Source: Amoebophrya sp. A120 (taxonomy: Eukaryota; Protista; Dinoflagellata). From it: a stretch of DNA of 64,000 nucleotides. Of this stretch, positions 1-13,400 are shown piece after piece. The notes under the pieces were generated by a model. It did not search any database. It saw only the letters and a program-made list of their open reading frames with translations, and had not been told where the DNA came from. The stretch lies in NCBI GenBank assembly GCA_905178155.1, contig CAJINV010000005.1:2606054-2670053 (forward strand), written 5' to 3'. Positions within the stretch are counted from its first letter, which is position 1. Each line of letters begins with the position of its first letter. A program made the translations under genes and the position numbers.

Positions 1-2
1 TT

Positions 3-3000
3 TTTCTCAAACACGGTTCGGGCTACCGCAGCGACCCGATCATGCGAAACGCGCTGCTGGCTCCCGGTAGCAAGATGAGAAAAGCGGCACACAAACTGCG
101 GAAAGAGGCTGGAATCGACATGGCAAGCAGAGGACTTCATCTGCAAAGTGAACCACTGCCCGCCGCTCGCAATCCTGAACTTCTCGTAGAAGTGAGCCAG
201 CAGCTGGCGGAAGACCGCGGCAGAGAGGAGAAATTTTTGCAGTCTCTGTTCGTCCTGCGCATGCTGGTTGATTTTCTCTCCTTTCTCGTGCGCATCTACG
301 AGGTCGTTGGCATTATGTCTACGAACGACTCGAACAAGCACCTGCAAGGTACAACCGGAGTTGCAGCGGGCGCACGTGCAGCGGAGGCGGAGGTCGCGCA
401 TATGGCTATAATCACTCAACTGCAGATTCGGTGTGAGGAAGTTCTTGCGGGTGTAGATAAAGATGCCAGTCCGGAAGACAAGCTCTGGGGCTTCGATTGC
501 GTCAGCAACTACGACGAGGAGCTGTTTTCTTCCGCACTGGTGAGCAAAACCGGAGCTGCTCCTGGGACACCGCTACTCCACCAAACCAGAACGCCAGGAG
601 CGCCGCACGAATCACGAATACTAGTACACGACTGCGAAAAAAAATCATCCCTTCCAACGCACGGCCCGCTGCCCGACAGCTTTACGGGAAAACTTCGGCC
701 GCAGAGCCCACTGCTGTATCTCGCCAACCCCGGCGACACGTTGTCCGAGGCGTTCTCGCTCGTCGTGGGCAGTTTGGTGCGTGTGAAATCTTTTTCGAAA
801 GAGGATTTGGAGAACAAAATCGTAGATCCAGCGGAACAGAACAAGGCAGCTACTGCGGAACAAGTGGAACCGCACCATGACCATGATGTTGACCACCGGA
901 TTAAAGATTTGTTCAAAGCCTCTGTCGCTGGACGCGCGGTGAGTCTTCCGACCTACAGCACTGTGCAGGATGAGAAGGGTGCGACATTACCAGCTGGACC
1001 ACCACGAGGACCTCCAAAGGGCAGTGCTACTGAGGCGAAAGCTCTCTTACCGGAAGGCGCCGTCGGTGAAGTGATTCGTATCGAGCTGCAGCACGACACC
1101 TTGCGCGACTCCAAGGGCAAATCTCTGTTTTTGAAGGACCATCTCCCTGTGACGGATTTGGACGCTGTGCAGGCTGTGTATGTGCGATTCGCGCTTCCAA
1201 ACGACGACCACCAGGGCACGGCCCGCGTTGAGAATATTAAATCCGTAACGATCCGTCTTCACCCACATGAGCTGGTTTACCCCTTCTTGCACGGAAAAAA
1301 AACGGGCGTCTCGTTGGGCATGGCTCCCGCAGGACAAGCTTCGCCAAAAGTTGGAGTTGTAGAGGATGGCGACGATCTTTTTCCGCAAGAGGAGACTAGA
1401 AGTTTCGTCGGCGTGAAGGTTTCTCTCGTGAATCCCTTCAAAAAGCAGTGCGAAACATTCTACACCTGGTCCATTACCCCGCCGCACAAGCTGTTTCAGA
1501 ATTCCGTCGCGAATCTCCAGGGAAAGTTGGTCCGACTGGTGGGAAGGACCTTCCAGCCCGACGAGGCGCACCAGCAGTTCTATTTTCTGGACGAAAGCGA
1601 CATCGCCCGAGGTAGTACGATAATCTCATCGGAAGCAGAAGTACCGCAACAAAAATTATCGTCGCCGCCCGTTCTCGGCACGGTCCCAATCGACCAAGCT
1701 AGAAGGCAGACGCAGAAAAAGCGGCAGTTGAATGCGTTCTCCAACGCTGTCTCTGGTTTTTACGACGGTTTAGTACAGCGGGGGCCCACTTTACCGCAAT
1801 CGCAAGACCGCAATGCCGGCTTGCGCAGTTTCTTTCAGACCTCGCCAGAAGTGAGTCAGTCTACTCATTTTGAGGCGGCGGGAGCAGACACCTCCGCCGT
1901 TGCAGGCGCGAAGAAGGTGATGCGGGAAATCAAAAGATTGCGAGAGCGAGAAGTAGGTAGAGATGCAGCAACAACCAGTGGCTCGCATCAGCATAAGATA
2001 AATGACCTCTCTACTACTACTCGCGGCTCTCCAGCACCGACCGCGCCTCTCAGCAAGGTCATTACTCTTTCCAACGACCGTTCCTCCGATGAGCGACAAG
2101 GTACTATCCCTGGTGTCATTACCGGCTACGTTCTGACCGAGTGCCTTGTCCGTGTGGACCATCTGCCTGAAGTGACGGATAGGACCAGCACAGCGAAAAC
2201 ACGACAAGAACCTCCAGCTGCACTTGGCGAGCAGCTGCGCGACCTTGCTCAGGGAAAGGTAGACAGAAGGCCAGCATCAACAAAGCCGCCTCGTCTTCAG
2301 CGGTTCGAAGTGCTGAAAACCAACACAGCGCGATCGCTCTCCTCGGGGAAAATGCAAAGAATGTACGTCGAGTCGCTCTGGACCATCGCAAATTACCTGT
2401 ACAAGGAGCTGATGCCTTTTTTGACGACAAAAACGGATGTTGCTGAGGCTGACCCGAAGAAGCCCGAAGGAGGTGGAGGTCGCTCGGCCGTACCACGGCC
2501 CCCGGTCGCGGGCGCGCCTGCCGCGGAAGAGCGGCGATTCCACCGTGCCCAAGCCCTCGAGCAAAACCGGAGAGAGTTCGCGGCAATTTTGGCTGAGAGT
2601 GAGCCAAAATTTGACTGTTCTCAGTCTACCCATGGAACAAGAACCTCCGCGGAGGCCAGTGCGACTCCTACCTCGGTTGCCTCTCAACTACATGACGCGG
2701 TTGAAACCATGAACGCCCGGGTGTTTTACCTGCTACACAAGCGAGTGAAAGACCAGTTTGTCATCGATACGTACCGAAATCTGGTCCACGATGGAACGGC
2801 GTACCTGACCCGAAACTATTTGAAAGTCGAAGCCGACCTGCGGGAATTACGGGCAAGCCCGGGCTTGTATCTGGAACGGATGCTGAAAACAGAGTGGCTG
2901 CGAGCACTTGCGAGAAAAAAGAGAACTTGTACTTCCGAAGATTTTTGTGAAGCTGCAAGCAAAACACGTACGCGACCCAGCGTGCTGCCGAGCCATCCTT

Positions 3001-3314
3001 ACAGCCCCGAAATTGTAGAGCCAAACCACATGGCACCTATTGTCGTCGGCATGGCCTTCTACCGGCAAGGCTTGTTTCTGATGGAGGACGGTATTTTGGC
3101 ATCCTTGGAAGCGCTTTTCTGGCTCCCGATTGCACGGAGAAGGTCGGTTTGCTCTCTGCTGCAAGACAAAGACTGCTTCTGGTTAACGCCCGACGAGGCG
3201 GAAATTTTGAGGCTGGCCCGGTCGGCACGACAGATGGGATCACAGTTGGGAGATGTGACAGTGCCGTCGGATGAACGAAAAAAATGTGATAGTACGTCGA
3301 AGCTATCGCTGTAG
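3..3314 (+). CDS. Large hypothetical protein, probably 5'-truncated by the window edge
   Basis: Frame is open from position 3 through ATG 42 to TAG 3314 (>1,090 aa); no family recognised. Confidence 0.75.
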   Translation, partial: FLKHGSGYRSDPIMRNALLAPGSKMRKAAHKLRKEAGIDMASRGLHLQSEPLPAARNPELLVEVSQQLAEDRGREEKFLQSLFVLRMLVDFLSFLVRIYEVVGIMSTNDSNKHLQGTTGVAAGARAAEAEVAHMAIITQLQIRCEEVLAGVDKDASPEDKLWGFDCVSNYDEELFSSALVSKTGAAPGTPLLHQTRTPGAPHESRILVHDCEKKSSLPTHGPLPDSFTGKLRPQSPLLYLANPGDTLSEAFSLVVGSLVRVKSFSKEDLENKIVDPAEQNKAATAEQVEPHHDHDVDHRIKDLFKASVAGRAVSLPTYSTVQDEKGATLPAGPPRGPPKGSATEAKALLPEGAVGEVIRIELQHDTLRDSKGKSLFLKDHLPVTDLDAVQAVYVRFALPNDDHQGTARVENIKSVTIRLHPHELVYPFLHGKKTGVSLGMAPAGQASPKVGVVEDGDDLFPQEETRSFVGVKVSLVNPFKKQCETFYTWSITPPHKLFQNSVANLQGKLVRLVGRTFQPDEAHQQFYFLDESDIARGSTIISSEAEVPQQKLSSPPVLGTVPIDQARRQTQKKRQLNAFSNAVSGFYDGLVQRGPTLPQSQDRNAGLRSFFQTSPEVSQSTHFEAAGADTSAVAGAKKVMREIKRLREREVGRDAATTSGSHQHKINDLSTTTRGSPAPTAPLSKVITLSNDRSSDERQGTIPGVITGYVLTECLVRVDHLPEVTDRTSTAKTRQEPPAALGEQLRDLAQGKVDRRPASTKPPRLQRFEVLKTNTARSLSSGKMQRMYVESLWTIANYLYKELMPFLTTKTDVAEADPKKPEGGGGRSAVPRPPVAGAPAAEERRFHRAQALEQNRREFAAILAESEPKFDCSQSTHGTRTSAEASATPTSVASQLHDAVETMNARVFYLLHKRVKDQFVIDTYRNLVHDGTAYLTRNYLKVEADLRELRASPGLYLERMLKTEWLRALARKKRTCTSEDFCEAASKTRTRPSVLPSHPYSPEIVEPNHMAPIVVGMAFYRQGLFLMEDGILASLEALFWLPIARRRSVCSLLQDKDCFWLTPDEAEILRLARSARQMGSQLGDVTVPSDERKKCDSTSKLSL

Positions 3315-4477
3315 TAAGAAAAAGAATAAGAAACTACGACGGGGAGGAGTCCTTTTTTTACACCAATTTTTTATGAAGTTTCTATGTATAATTGAAGAAG
3401 CAGAAGCACTGCTCGCTGGAATAAATCATAATGATGCATCTAGATTTTTATTTGCAGATTCATTTCTGAAATAAACGAAAAGGAAAAGACGGCTTAGCGA
3501 CCAAATTGATGAAGCACGACGTCGACAGCCATACTACACGTTTTGACACTTTGAGTTTGATCACTTTGCAAAGAAGCTAATACTCTCCAAGTAATGTTGC
3601 TGGAGCGTAGAACGCATAGAAACTAACCCGATTGTACTAGTCAACATAATTTTATTTTCACCTATTGCAGGCGCAGGGAGTTGGACATGCAACGTGGATG
3701 CGTCAGTGAATTGCAGTACATGCAACGGGATGCAGGTGCAAATGTAGCACGTGCACAGGCTTAGAAAGTAGCGTCAGTGCAGCTGCTCATTTCATTACAG
3801 TAGTGTTGCTGCTAGTGACAGTGAGCCCAGTTTCCTTCATAAAGGTCGTGCTGGAAGTAGAGTGACGTCGCATGAACACAATCGAACCTTCACAGTGTGA
3901 ACAGCGTACAGTGTTGTACAAGTAAGATTTACACGAAATTGAGGAGCAACACGAAAAATGCAGCGGGACCCGAACGGCCACTGCAGTAGCGGCATCCTTG
4001 GTGGAAACATTGTCCTGTACTGTTGTTCTCGGAAAGCCGCTAATCCTTTTGCTGTTCTGTAGCTGGTTCTCTTTATCTTTTCGTGTGACGAAAAACACGA
4101 TCAAATAAACTACCGATCAGACTCGTTGGTCCAGTATTTTTTTCCGATCGACATCGACGCAAGCAGGCTCTTTCGTAAGTATAACATCACAAGCAGTTCT
4201 TCTTTAGATTTGAAAATATCGTTGGCGTTGCAGGACGATGAGTCGCGAGACACATCATCAGATCTAGATACTTGCAGCTTGTTGCCCCCGTCGAAGCCCG
4301 TCTACAAACACTGGCACAATTCCGGACCACAAACCACATGGATGAAGCACCAGGTGATCACCCCCACTGCTTTACTAGTTCTTTTTTCAACAACATATAA
4401 GTTGACCGATTCTAGTCTTCATCTGACTGAAATAAAAAAAAAAGAACATCAATACTTGAAAAAGCAATCCCAGCAGA

Positions 4478-7400
4478 ATGGCCTGCTCTGCCACCTTTGA
4501 CGCCCCAGAACCCGAACCCTCTGCCGTAAACACCGAAAACCACTTTTCCTTTGTGCAAGTCCAGAATGACAGGCTCACGGTGGAATACATCGGAAAGGGC
4601 AGCCACTCCGACGTCGGGTCGGTGCAGGCAAATCGATGCTGTCCCACCAACAGGCTGCTCTACTACTTCGAGGTTTGTATTATTGATAACTTTTAAAGCG
4701 ACGGTGAATTTTTGCTGCGCGTCAGCCAATATGTCGCGCCGGCCATAGGTTGAAGTAAGTAACTTGGTTCAACATCGCCGATTCCATTTTTGCCGCGTGA
4801 TGTGAAGGCAGATTCTTATGGTCGTTTGATGACCTCCTCCACCTGCAGGGGAATATATGTATGAAGCATTCTGATTGCTTTATCACTATCAGGTCGAAAT
4901 TCTTGCGCTTGGTGAGCGTGGGTCTATCGGCGTTGGTCTTTCCGGATCGGATTTCTTGCTGAACCGGCAACCGGGCACCGAGCCCATGTCTTTTGGCTAC
5001 CGAGGCGACGAAGGCCAAAAATTTCTCTGTTCGAACCAGCCCGAAGCCTACGGCCCGACGTTCCAAGCCGGTGACACGATTGGGTGCGGAGTGAATTGGC
5101 TCGACGGGACGTTGTTCTTCACCAGAAACGGCACGCATTTAGGCGTAGCGGCGAGCGGGTCCAACTTTTTTCCCGCATTTTTTTCTACTCCGGCGAGTGG
5201 AAGTCGAAGTGGTGGGCAGCAGCACACGACAAGCAGCCACGGGGGGCATCATGGCGCAACTGCCCCTGCTGGCGGGCATAATCACGGCACAACGAGCAGT
5301 ACGAGTAGAAATGCGTCTTCGAGTTCGAACAACACTGGCGGCTTGCTGAACGTCAGCAATACAACGGGGGGCGGTGGTGGGATCACTTCCGCCAGAGGGG
5401 CTTCTTCCAACTTCGAAGACTTTTACATCTACCGCGGCTCGGAAATCAGTGGCAACTGCGGCACCGCAAATACTGCGTGGAAACACTATGCGACGCCACA
5501 TGGGGCGCCGTCGGGACGGAGGGTGGTAAGAGTTTGCACTGCGTAGATCGTGCAGCTGATGAAAGTCGTAAAGTCATGCTTGCAAGAACATGGGGAGCAG
5601 AAGATTTATGTGCCTGATCAAAGTTTTTCTGTGGTACAACTACGAGAGTGACAGACAAAGACACAGAATTGATGTCGAATGAAAGGAAAATCCAATTATC
5701 AACTGAAAGGTTCCTCGCCCGAAGCTGTTCCCGACCGTGGGACTGCACTGCCCGGGGGAGCGGATCCGCTTTCGCTTCCAGCCGCCTTTTGCGTACGACA
5801 TTGCGCAGCAAAGGAAAACCATCGTGGATGAGGAAAGAATGCGGATATTGAAGGTGGACTTGCCGTATCAACACGGATTGCTGCTGAACGACGAGGTTGC
5901 AGCTGGTGGATCTCTCGTGCCACAGGTGGGTAACGGTAATAACCAAGCTGAAGCTCCGTCTTCTAATACTACTTCAAAACCAACTCCAACCATGTCAAGT
6001 TCGTCTAGTAGTACATCAGCTGCCCTGTCCCCGCCGATTCCGCTCTGCGCCAAACTTGTTCACAACTACCTTTTATTCGGCGGGTTCGCGAAAACGTTGG
6101 CGCACGTGCAAGTGGACGAACGAGATAGTTCCGTTTGGAGGATGAAAAACAAAGGCAACACCAGCACAAGTGTGCTGACCGGCTCATCGGCCTCTTTCTC
6201 CTCCACCTCAGTTCCAGCTCGCGCCAAAAATGCTGAAAATCCAGCAGCGCCAACCGACCCAGAAACCGTCGACGAGCTGTTGCTCCAGGCGTCCCTGCCC
6301 TGGCGGTCTCTGGTCAGGGAAAACATCGTGAAGGGCAATGTGCGCGAGGCGATGGACATTTTGAAAGCGAACTATCCGAACTTCTTCGAACTGGACTCTG
6401 ATTTGCCGTTTAACACGACTGCTGACGCTGCAGATGATGGTTTAGAGGGAGATAAAGAGCGAAGCGATGTTGACTCGTCAGACGATGGAGGTCCTGGGGA
6501 GGACGATGATGATGATGGCGGTACGGGAGCAGATGCACAAGAAGCTCAAGCTCAAGCTGTGGAAGGAGACGAGGAAGAACAGGGCGCCGACGAGGAGGAG
6601 AAGGGGGCAACAAAGACCTCAAAAAAAGCAACTGCGAGAAAGCGATCCGCGTCTGAAGAGCCGCCTCCTAGAAAACGAAAGAAAGGTGGGGCTGCGGAAG
6701 GGCAGTTGCGGTAAGATTTTTCAATTTATTTCGGCTACAGCACAACTCCGAGACTGACGAGTCGTGATGGCTTGTATTGCATATCTATGCGGTATGGTGT
6801 ACAAGTGCAACTCACCAAAAAGCTTCACTCACAAACTAACACCTACACCACTCAGCCTTCTTCCCCAAGCCCTACTGTACACGCAGGCTTTTCTCGAGCT
6901 CTGGCGAGACGGCAAAGTCGCCGAGGCGGTAACGTTCCTCCGCACAGAGGTGGCGCAGCTTCGCTCCAAGATCGTCGCGGCGTTGCACGAGGATTATTCA
7001 TCTGGACAAGAAGATGGAACTGGTGACATTCCAACATCAGAATCCCTTCTCGCCTTCCCCCTCGACATCTCTTCGACCGGCAACTTTTCCGTTGACTCCT
7101 GTTTCGAAGACGCCTGCGCCGTGGTCGCGTACAAGAGCGCCGCCGCGATGCCGCCCCGGGTGAAAGCGATGTTCCACTCTTCGAGAAGAATGCTCACCGC
7201 GGATTTGGTCAACGCTCGGTGTGTGGAGCTGGCGTTGAGCAAGGCGCGCAGGGAAAGACGGAAGTTTGCGCTGGCGGCGATTTTTCAACCAAGGCAGGTG
7301 TTGAGTGCGGTGGGGGACGAGGACAACGATGAGGGCCCGAAAAACCACGCTAGTGAATGTTGTTCAGGTGCACAAATAAACGCAAAAGACAAAAATGACG

Positions 7401-7723
7401 AAAGAGAAATTGATCTAGACGAGTTGGAGGACGCGCCACGGGAAGGTCGTGGCGATGATCGTGGAACGTACGGCCCAGCAAGGAAGAAGTCTTCATCATC
7501 TTCGCCGCAGCACAAGATGAACTCTGCAGCATCGCCTTCCGCGACGTCCGGCGACCAAAAGGCGCGAAGCACTGCGATACCGCTTGACATCGCGCATTGG
7601 GCCTCGAATCACTGGAGCGCCCTGCACATTCTGCTTCGCCACCTGGTGCTATTGCGGCAAGATTTGCGCCCATTGAACCGAGGGCCGGTGCCTTCGGTGC
7701 GGGCGCTTTGTCTTGGAGGCTGA
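4478..7723 (+). CDS. RanBP9/RanBP10 (Gid1)-like SPRY-LisH-CTLH-CRA protein, CTLH/GID E3 ligase subunit, ~898 aa
   Basis: Exons 4478-4672, 4893-5525, 5710-6710, 6856-7723 joined by phase-consistent GT-AG introns. SPRY motifs YYFEVEIL, GYRGDEG, YGPTFQAGDTIGCG, LFFTRNG, LFPTVGL; LisH-like LVHNYLLFGGFAKT; CTLH-like RENIVKGNVREAMDIL; CRA-like RRMLTADLVN. Confidence 0.85.
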
Positions 7724-8109
7724 GGAGAGACGTGTATTGTCGCAGTTTGTCTGGTGTTGATCTTGATGATGCTTCACTGACGACAGAAATGGAAGACACT
7801 TGTACAGGAGCAGCTGGCTGCTTTGTCGAGGGCGTTCTTGCCCAGCACCGCAGTACGTGCGTGAGTCCGAAAAAACCGAGGATGTTGGCTACTCGTTGAC
7901 GAACTTGAAAAGTGAAAGGCTTGAATTTACGACCTGTTTTGTTCAATTTTTCCCGCGTCCGTGCAGCCAGTCCGCCTGCGCTGGCGCTCCTCTTTGGTGT
8001 GCGTGCGATTTTGTGTTCTTGCGGAACGTGTAGCGGCGAACGCAAGAAGCATGCTTCAGTAGACCAGGCTTGGCCGCGTTGGCGTTATGTATTCTATCGC
8101 TCGAACTGA

Positions 8110-10080
8110 AAGCGCTTGCGCGGCGCGTTCCTGCAACCCGGCGCGGCCATGAAACCAAGGGCGCGCACCTGGGAGCCCCCGGGCGGAGGTGTGCCAAGTT
8201 CGCCGAATGGCAGGCGGCGACCCGGGCCAAGGACTTGCGGCGGGACATTCTGGGAGGTTTGCAAGCTGCCAACTCTTTACGCCGCCCGCCGACGCCGGGC
8301 GGCCTTGGTGTGGGCGGCCGGGTTATAGATTGCTGGAAGAACTCGGCGGGGAACTCGGGCAGTATTCACCCGCGCCGCTGCCGCCGCCGCTTCGCGTCGG
8401 GCCCTGGCGCTGCCGCGATCATCGGGGGGCATTCTGCAGGGAGGCGGCGCGCCCCGCAGGACGGGGGGCCCTTCTCTGGTGGCGCCCCGTGACGCAAGCG
8501 GCAGCCCGGCAAAAGGTGGCCAACCAGCCAACCGGCCCGCCGGGATCAAAGGTTGCCAACCACCCAGCCATCCGGCAGCGCAGGCGCCTGCGCGCCCAAA
8601 GGGACGCAATCAAGGCCGGCGGGGGTAGCGAGGCAGCGGGGGCGAGAAACGGAAAGGGGGGCCCGCGCGCCGCTCCAGTGGCCCTCCATCCTTGCAAGCT
8701 TCCCCGCTCTTTGCGCTGGGCCCCCGGCCCGGCAGGCGCTTGGGATTGATTCCACCCCCGCGCCGGGCTTTGGGGTGGCGCCCGCGCCGGCCGGGGGCCC
8801 CCCGCCCGCCCGCCCCCCGAACCAAGCCCGGGCCCGCCTGGCCTCTCCCTGGCGCCCGGCCGCGCGGGGGGGCGGCCCGCAGCGGTGCCATTCTGGGAGT
8901 TTCACCAATGGAGGAGCCGCAGAAAGATGAAGGACCGGCCGCCGGTCCCTGCGCTGGTGGGTTCTGGCCCCACCCACATCGCCGTGGAGATGTCCGAGGC
9001 AAATGCATTCAGATTTTTTGCGGGCGACGCGCAACGTCCCGCACGCGATCCGAGACGCAGTGCTTGGCAAATGGGTGCAGCTTTTTGGCTGCCGGGGTTG
9101 TGTCGTGCAAGCGTCCACGGCGTAGCTTTGATTCAAAAATAGGTCGGGAGGGCCCTGAGCCGTTTGAGGACGTCGCCGGAGCAGTCTATTGCCCGACTCT
9201 GGTTTGGTCGCTTGATGAAGGTGGGCGATCCCAACCTGAACCAAGGGGAGGAAGGTTGGTGGCCTCCTGCAAGATTGCTGGCATGAATGCCCGCCGGGGT
9301 GTCGCGGTTTGGGCGAGTTCACCCGGAGGACCCCCGAGCGACGCGGTGCGCAACCATTGGAGGAAGGGCCGCGGGCAAACTCCCGGGATCCGACCCGGTC
9401 CAGGTGCGATCTCCGCAATTTTTCGACTGCAGCATCATCGCCAGCTACGCGCTCGCCCCGTACCTACGTGGGGAGGGGTCTGCCCGCAAGATTTCTGGCA
9501 AGGTGTCGACGAGTCCGCGTCCCCGTCCGGCCTTATGGCGCGCAAGCCTTTCGGGGCCATTGCGGGAAGGGGGTGAGCCAACGAGGCGGGGCGCAACCCG
9601 TTCGCCGCTTTGGGTTACAGCGTGCGGATGCACCCTGGCGCTGCTGCCGGCCGCCGCGGTGTTCGCGCGCGGGCGCGGCAGCCGCCCCCGCCGGGCGGCC
9701 CGGCCCGCCGTTCTGCCGGCCGCCAAAGAGAGCAGGAGCCCGGCAGGGCACGCGACTGCCCTGCCGCCCGCTGGCCGGCCGCCCGGCGCGCACCGCAGCT
9801 CGCTAGGGATAATCAGTGGCGCGCGTGGCCACCCCCCACGCCCGGGCCGGCGGGCCGGTGTGTCATTCTGTGCCGCGGGCCCTGCGTTGTTTCTGAAGAG
9901 CCCCGCTGTTGTTGTGGCGTGGGAACGCTCCCGCGGCCAAGCCCCTGTCGTGGCCCGGACCTGTAGGAAGGCCGCGCCGGCGGCGGCCTTCGGACGGTGG
10001 GTGGGCCGGTCCGGTCCGGTGAGTGCGCAGAGTTGGTTCGGCGGAGATTTTTCAATGGGGCCTGCCGCCGCGGCCCCGCG
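8110..10080. other. Very GC-rich intergenic island, probably a decayed coding sequence or mobile-element relic
   Basis: Abrupt GC rise with long G/C runs. One + frame (8885-10297) is broken only by stops at 9140 and 9284. No TIR/TSD found. Confidence 0.4.
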
Positions 10081-10445
10081 TTGTCATATCCTTTCTTTTT
10101 ATGTTGATGCTCACATATTGCAGCGCAGACGACGCACGGCGCTGGAGTTTTCTTTCGCTTCCTGTTCACTGTTCCTGCCGAGGGTCTGCAATAAATGCTT
10201 GAACCCAGCAGCAGAGCAAGTTCCGCGAAGCCCACACTATTTTAGTCGGTCCATCTATTACTCAGCATCAAGAAGCCCGTTGCAAATTAAACAATAAATG
10301 AAAGCATGTAGGAGCAGGAAAGACAAAGGGCGCGGCTGTCGGGCACGAGCAGCGGCCATTTCTTTTTTAGATTGAAACCCGGTCTGCCTAACGATAACTA
10401 AGTAGGAGCTGAGGTTCTTCTTTACGCTACTCGTCCGGCATAGTC

Positions 10446-13400
10446 ATGGCCATTGACTGGCTCTCCCCGTTGGCCGCCAAGCTCCTCGTTGAGCTGCCTG
10501 ATAACGCGTCCTCTTCGAGTAGCAGCCCAACTGTCGAAGATGTCTCGAACCAGTACCGCAGCTTGTGCCATGAAATGTTCGGGAGTACCACCAACACGAC
10601 GGACACCAACGCCGGCCACAACATCTTCTGGAAGCTCACTTCGAGGGGAGCACCAGCAAGAACGTCATCAAAGGGTAGTACATCGACGTCGCAGGTCCAA
10701 GCCTCCGCCGACAGCCTTGGCAAACTGTTGTTCTACTGGCGCGAAAATTTTCTCGCGCTCCCGAGCGAAAACCGAGACCGGCTCTTCTGGGCGTTGCTCC
10801 GGTACCACAACCCCCTGTTCACCCGCTCGTTGGAGGTCTGGGGCTACTCTGCCGAGAATCTCGGCGTGCTCGGCGACCGCCTGGCCGCAGATTTCCGGTT
10901 GGCGGTCTTCCACCCGCGCAAGCTGCTACAGTCTCCGCAGGCGGAAAGCAGCCTGAAAATTCTCGGCTCTTTGGTCCCCGTGCATCTGGTCTTCCGGCTG
11001 TTGCGGAAATTCCAAGCGATCCAAACCTGCGTGTCCCACGAAGAGATCCGGGAGGTTTTGGCGGAGGGGTTTGACGAGTTGGATAAAGAGCCTGTAGCTT
11101 CGGCGAATTCGGAAGAAGAAAAAGAGGAGGCTTCTTCAATTCTTTCAGACTACCTGTACACCTATCAATCCGTCTTGAGTACAACTTCCAGCGCGAGCGC
11201 GGAAGACGCGAAGATAAGTCCCGAGGAAGCTGGAGGAGGAAAATGTCACGACAACAAACCACCAGACGACGAGCAGCGCTTTTTCGCCCGCGTCGTCCTC
11301 CGCACCCCGGACATCTTCTTTCACTATTGGACCGAACTCTGTGTTGGTCACCGCCCAACCGTGGTTAGTCCAGACCACTCCGGCCTGCACTGCGGGTTTC
11401 GAACCTGTCTGGGGTTGACGGTGTTGTCCGCGCACCCGGAAAACGCGTGTAGATTGTTGACAGGGGTCGCGTCAATTACATCAGCTTCTTCCTCTTCGGC
11501 GGCTGCAAGTAGCGACGCACAGAAGTCCTCGGCGGCACCAGAAACTGGTGCAGAAGTGGATGCATCCAGCCAGAATCGCCTGACAAGCTGGAACCGGTTC
11601 GCGCCGCTTTTTCCGGCGTCTTGTGTGGCCGGAGCGCTAGCCGGAATTCAGCTGGTGGACTGTCGAACGGGGTCGGAGCTGGCAGCCAGCTTAGTGGTCG
11701 AGAAAGAAAGACAGTAAGTACATCTTAATCTGAGGACTGGGTCGCTTTCGCTTACAATTTCCTAGGTCATGATCCTCGTTGCATGGTTTTTGTCACTCAT
11801 GCTTGTTTCGCTGCAGATAGGCATACGTAGGAAACGAAAAAGGAGTGCGCTTGTTGTTGTTGTGTCTTGTGAAACAAAACTTTGATCCTACATCATCGCG
11901 ATTATTCCATCAGACCTTCTCCTGACGACTGGTTTGCGTCGGACGGCAGCAGCGACGAGGAGGACGAGGAAGGAACGGATTCCGCCACATCAGACCTTCC
12001 ATCTGGACAAAGAACCAAGGGCGGCCGCAACCTCACCGTGCCCGCGAACAGTCGCATCCTGGGCAGTTTGGAAATCGCGGCTTCGACCCAACTCGAAGAC
12101 CTCCGCTCCCTGGCCGCAACCTTGGAATCGCATCGGGGAAAATTTCTTTGCCTGTTCGGGCAGAACCAGCCCGGAGTGATCGTGAACTTGTCGCGGGAGC
12201 TCGGGTTTCCCTACGTTTTGTCACTGGAGGGGGATTTTGCGGAGATCTGCAAGGCCTTGGCAAAAATCGACAAAGAGGACGATTATTTGTTGATGCCACA
12301 AAATAACGTCGACGGACACGCAAGTGGCCAGATGAATGGCACGACGACCAAAAACTGGTCTACGTGGCTCACGAACGCGGCGACGAATCTGGACAACGCG
12401 TTGCTGTCGATGGACGCAAAGGTGCAAAGTGCGTCGAGGCAGTTTGAGAAGAAGGCGAACGTGATTTTGGATCAGGGACAGAAGAAAATGGACGAGCTGT
12501 ACAAGAAGAATTTCGACTTTCAACCGGAGGACAGGGCGGGGGTCGTGGAAGATTCTTCACGACCTGGTGAGGTGGAAGAACAAGGCGCGGCAGGTGTGGC
12601 AGAGCCTGGCGTTAATAGTTGTACCATTGCTGCTGCGTCCTCGTCCTCCGCCTCGAGTAGTAGTGCAAGTCCAGCAGCACCAGCGCCACCTCCACCCCCT
12701 CCACCAGACGACGACTCCGCGTCACACACTTCGAGCTCTGCCGGCAGCTCTTCTGCGGCCACAGCGAACAAAATCCTTGAAACCGGATCGTCGCTGTTTT
12801 CCAGTTTCAAAGGCCACTTGAAAAAGGCCCAGGACCAGATGCAGACGCACCTGGCAAATGCGAGTGCTGCGAACGGGAATATGAAACTCGGGGAAATAAA
12901 TAAATCTGCGCCATCCGGAGCAGCGGGGGACCAGACAAGTGGAACATCAAAGGGACCGCCACCCCCACCGCCCCCTGCTCCACCAAGCAGCTCCACTGCC
13001 AGTGCAGCTCCCACAACCTCCTCCGCGGCGACGACCGAAGACGACAGAAGTGTGAAAACGACCTCCAACGAAGCGTCGTCGTCCTCCCCCGGGGACGAAA
13101 TCTACTCGACGAGCGACATGTTCAGCGGGTTGCAGGGGGCTGCACAGGGGCTGTACAAGTCGTATGTGACCACGTCGGAAAACAGGGCAGGTGGAACTGA
13201 AACTGCGGCAGCACCTGGGCTGGGGGACGGCTTAGCAGGAGTGGATCCAGATACAGGAGTTTTTGGCGGAGCGACAAAAGACGGCGACCAACAAGACCAA
13301 GGTGCGTCAAACTTACTCCAGGAGGCCATTGCCAACGTGAAAAACAAGGTCCCGCTGGTTGTATCGTCGTCGTCCGCGGAAAGTGCTTCCTTTTCGAAAC

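Noticed and set aside
3686-3733. ACATGCAACG(T)GGATGC direct repeat in a TGCA-rich spacer
   Set aside because: Only two short copies with no supporting structure.
8074-10083. CCGCGTTG direct repeat as an 8-bp TSD around the GC island
   Set aside because: No inverted termini inside it; likely chance in GC-rich DNA.
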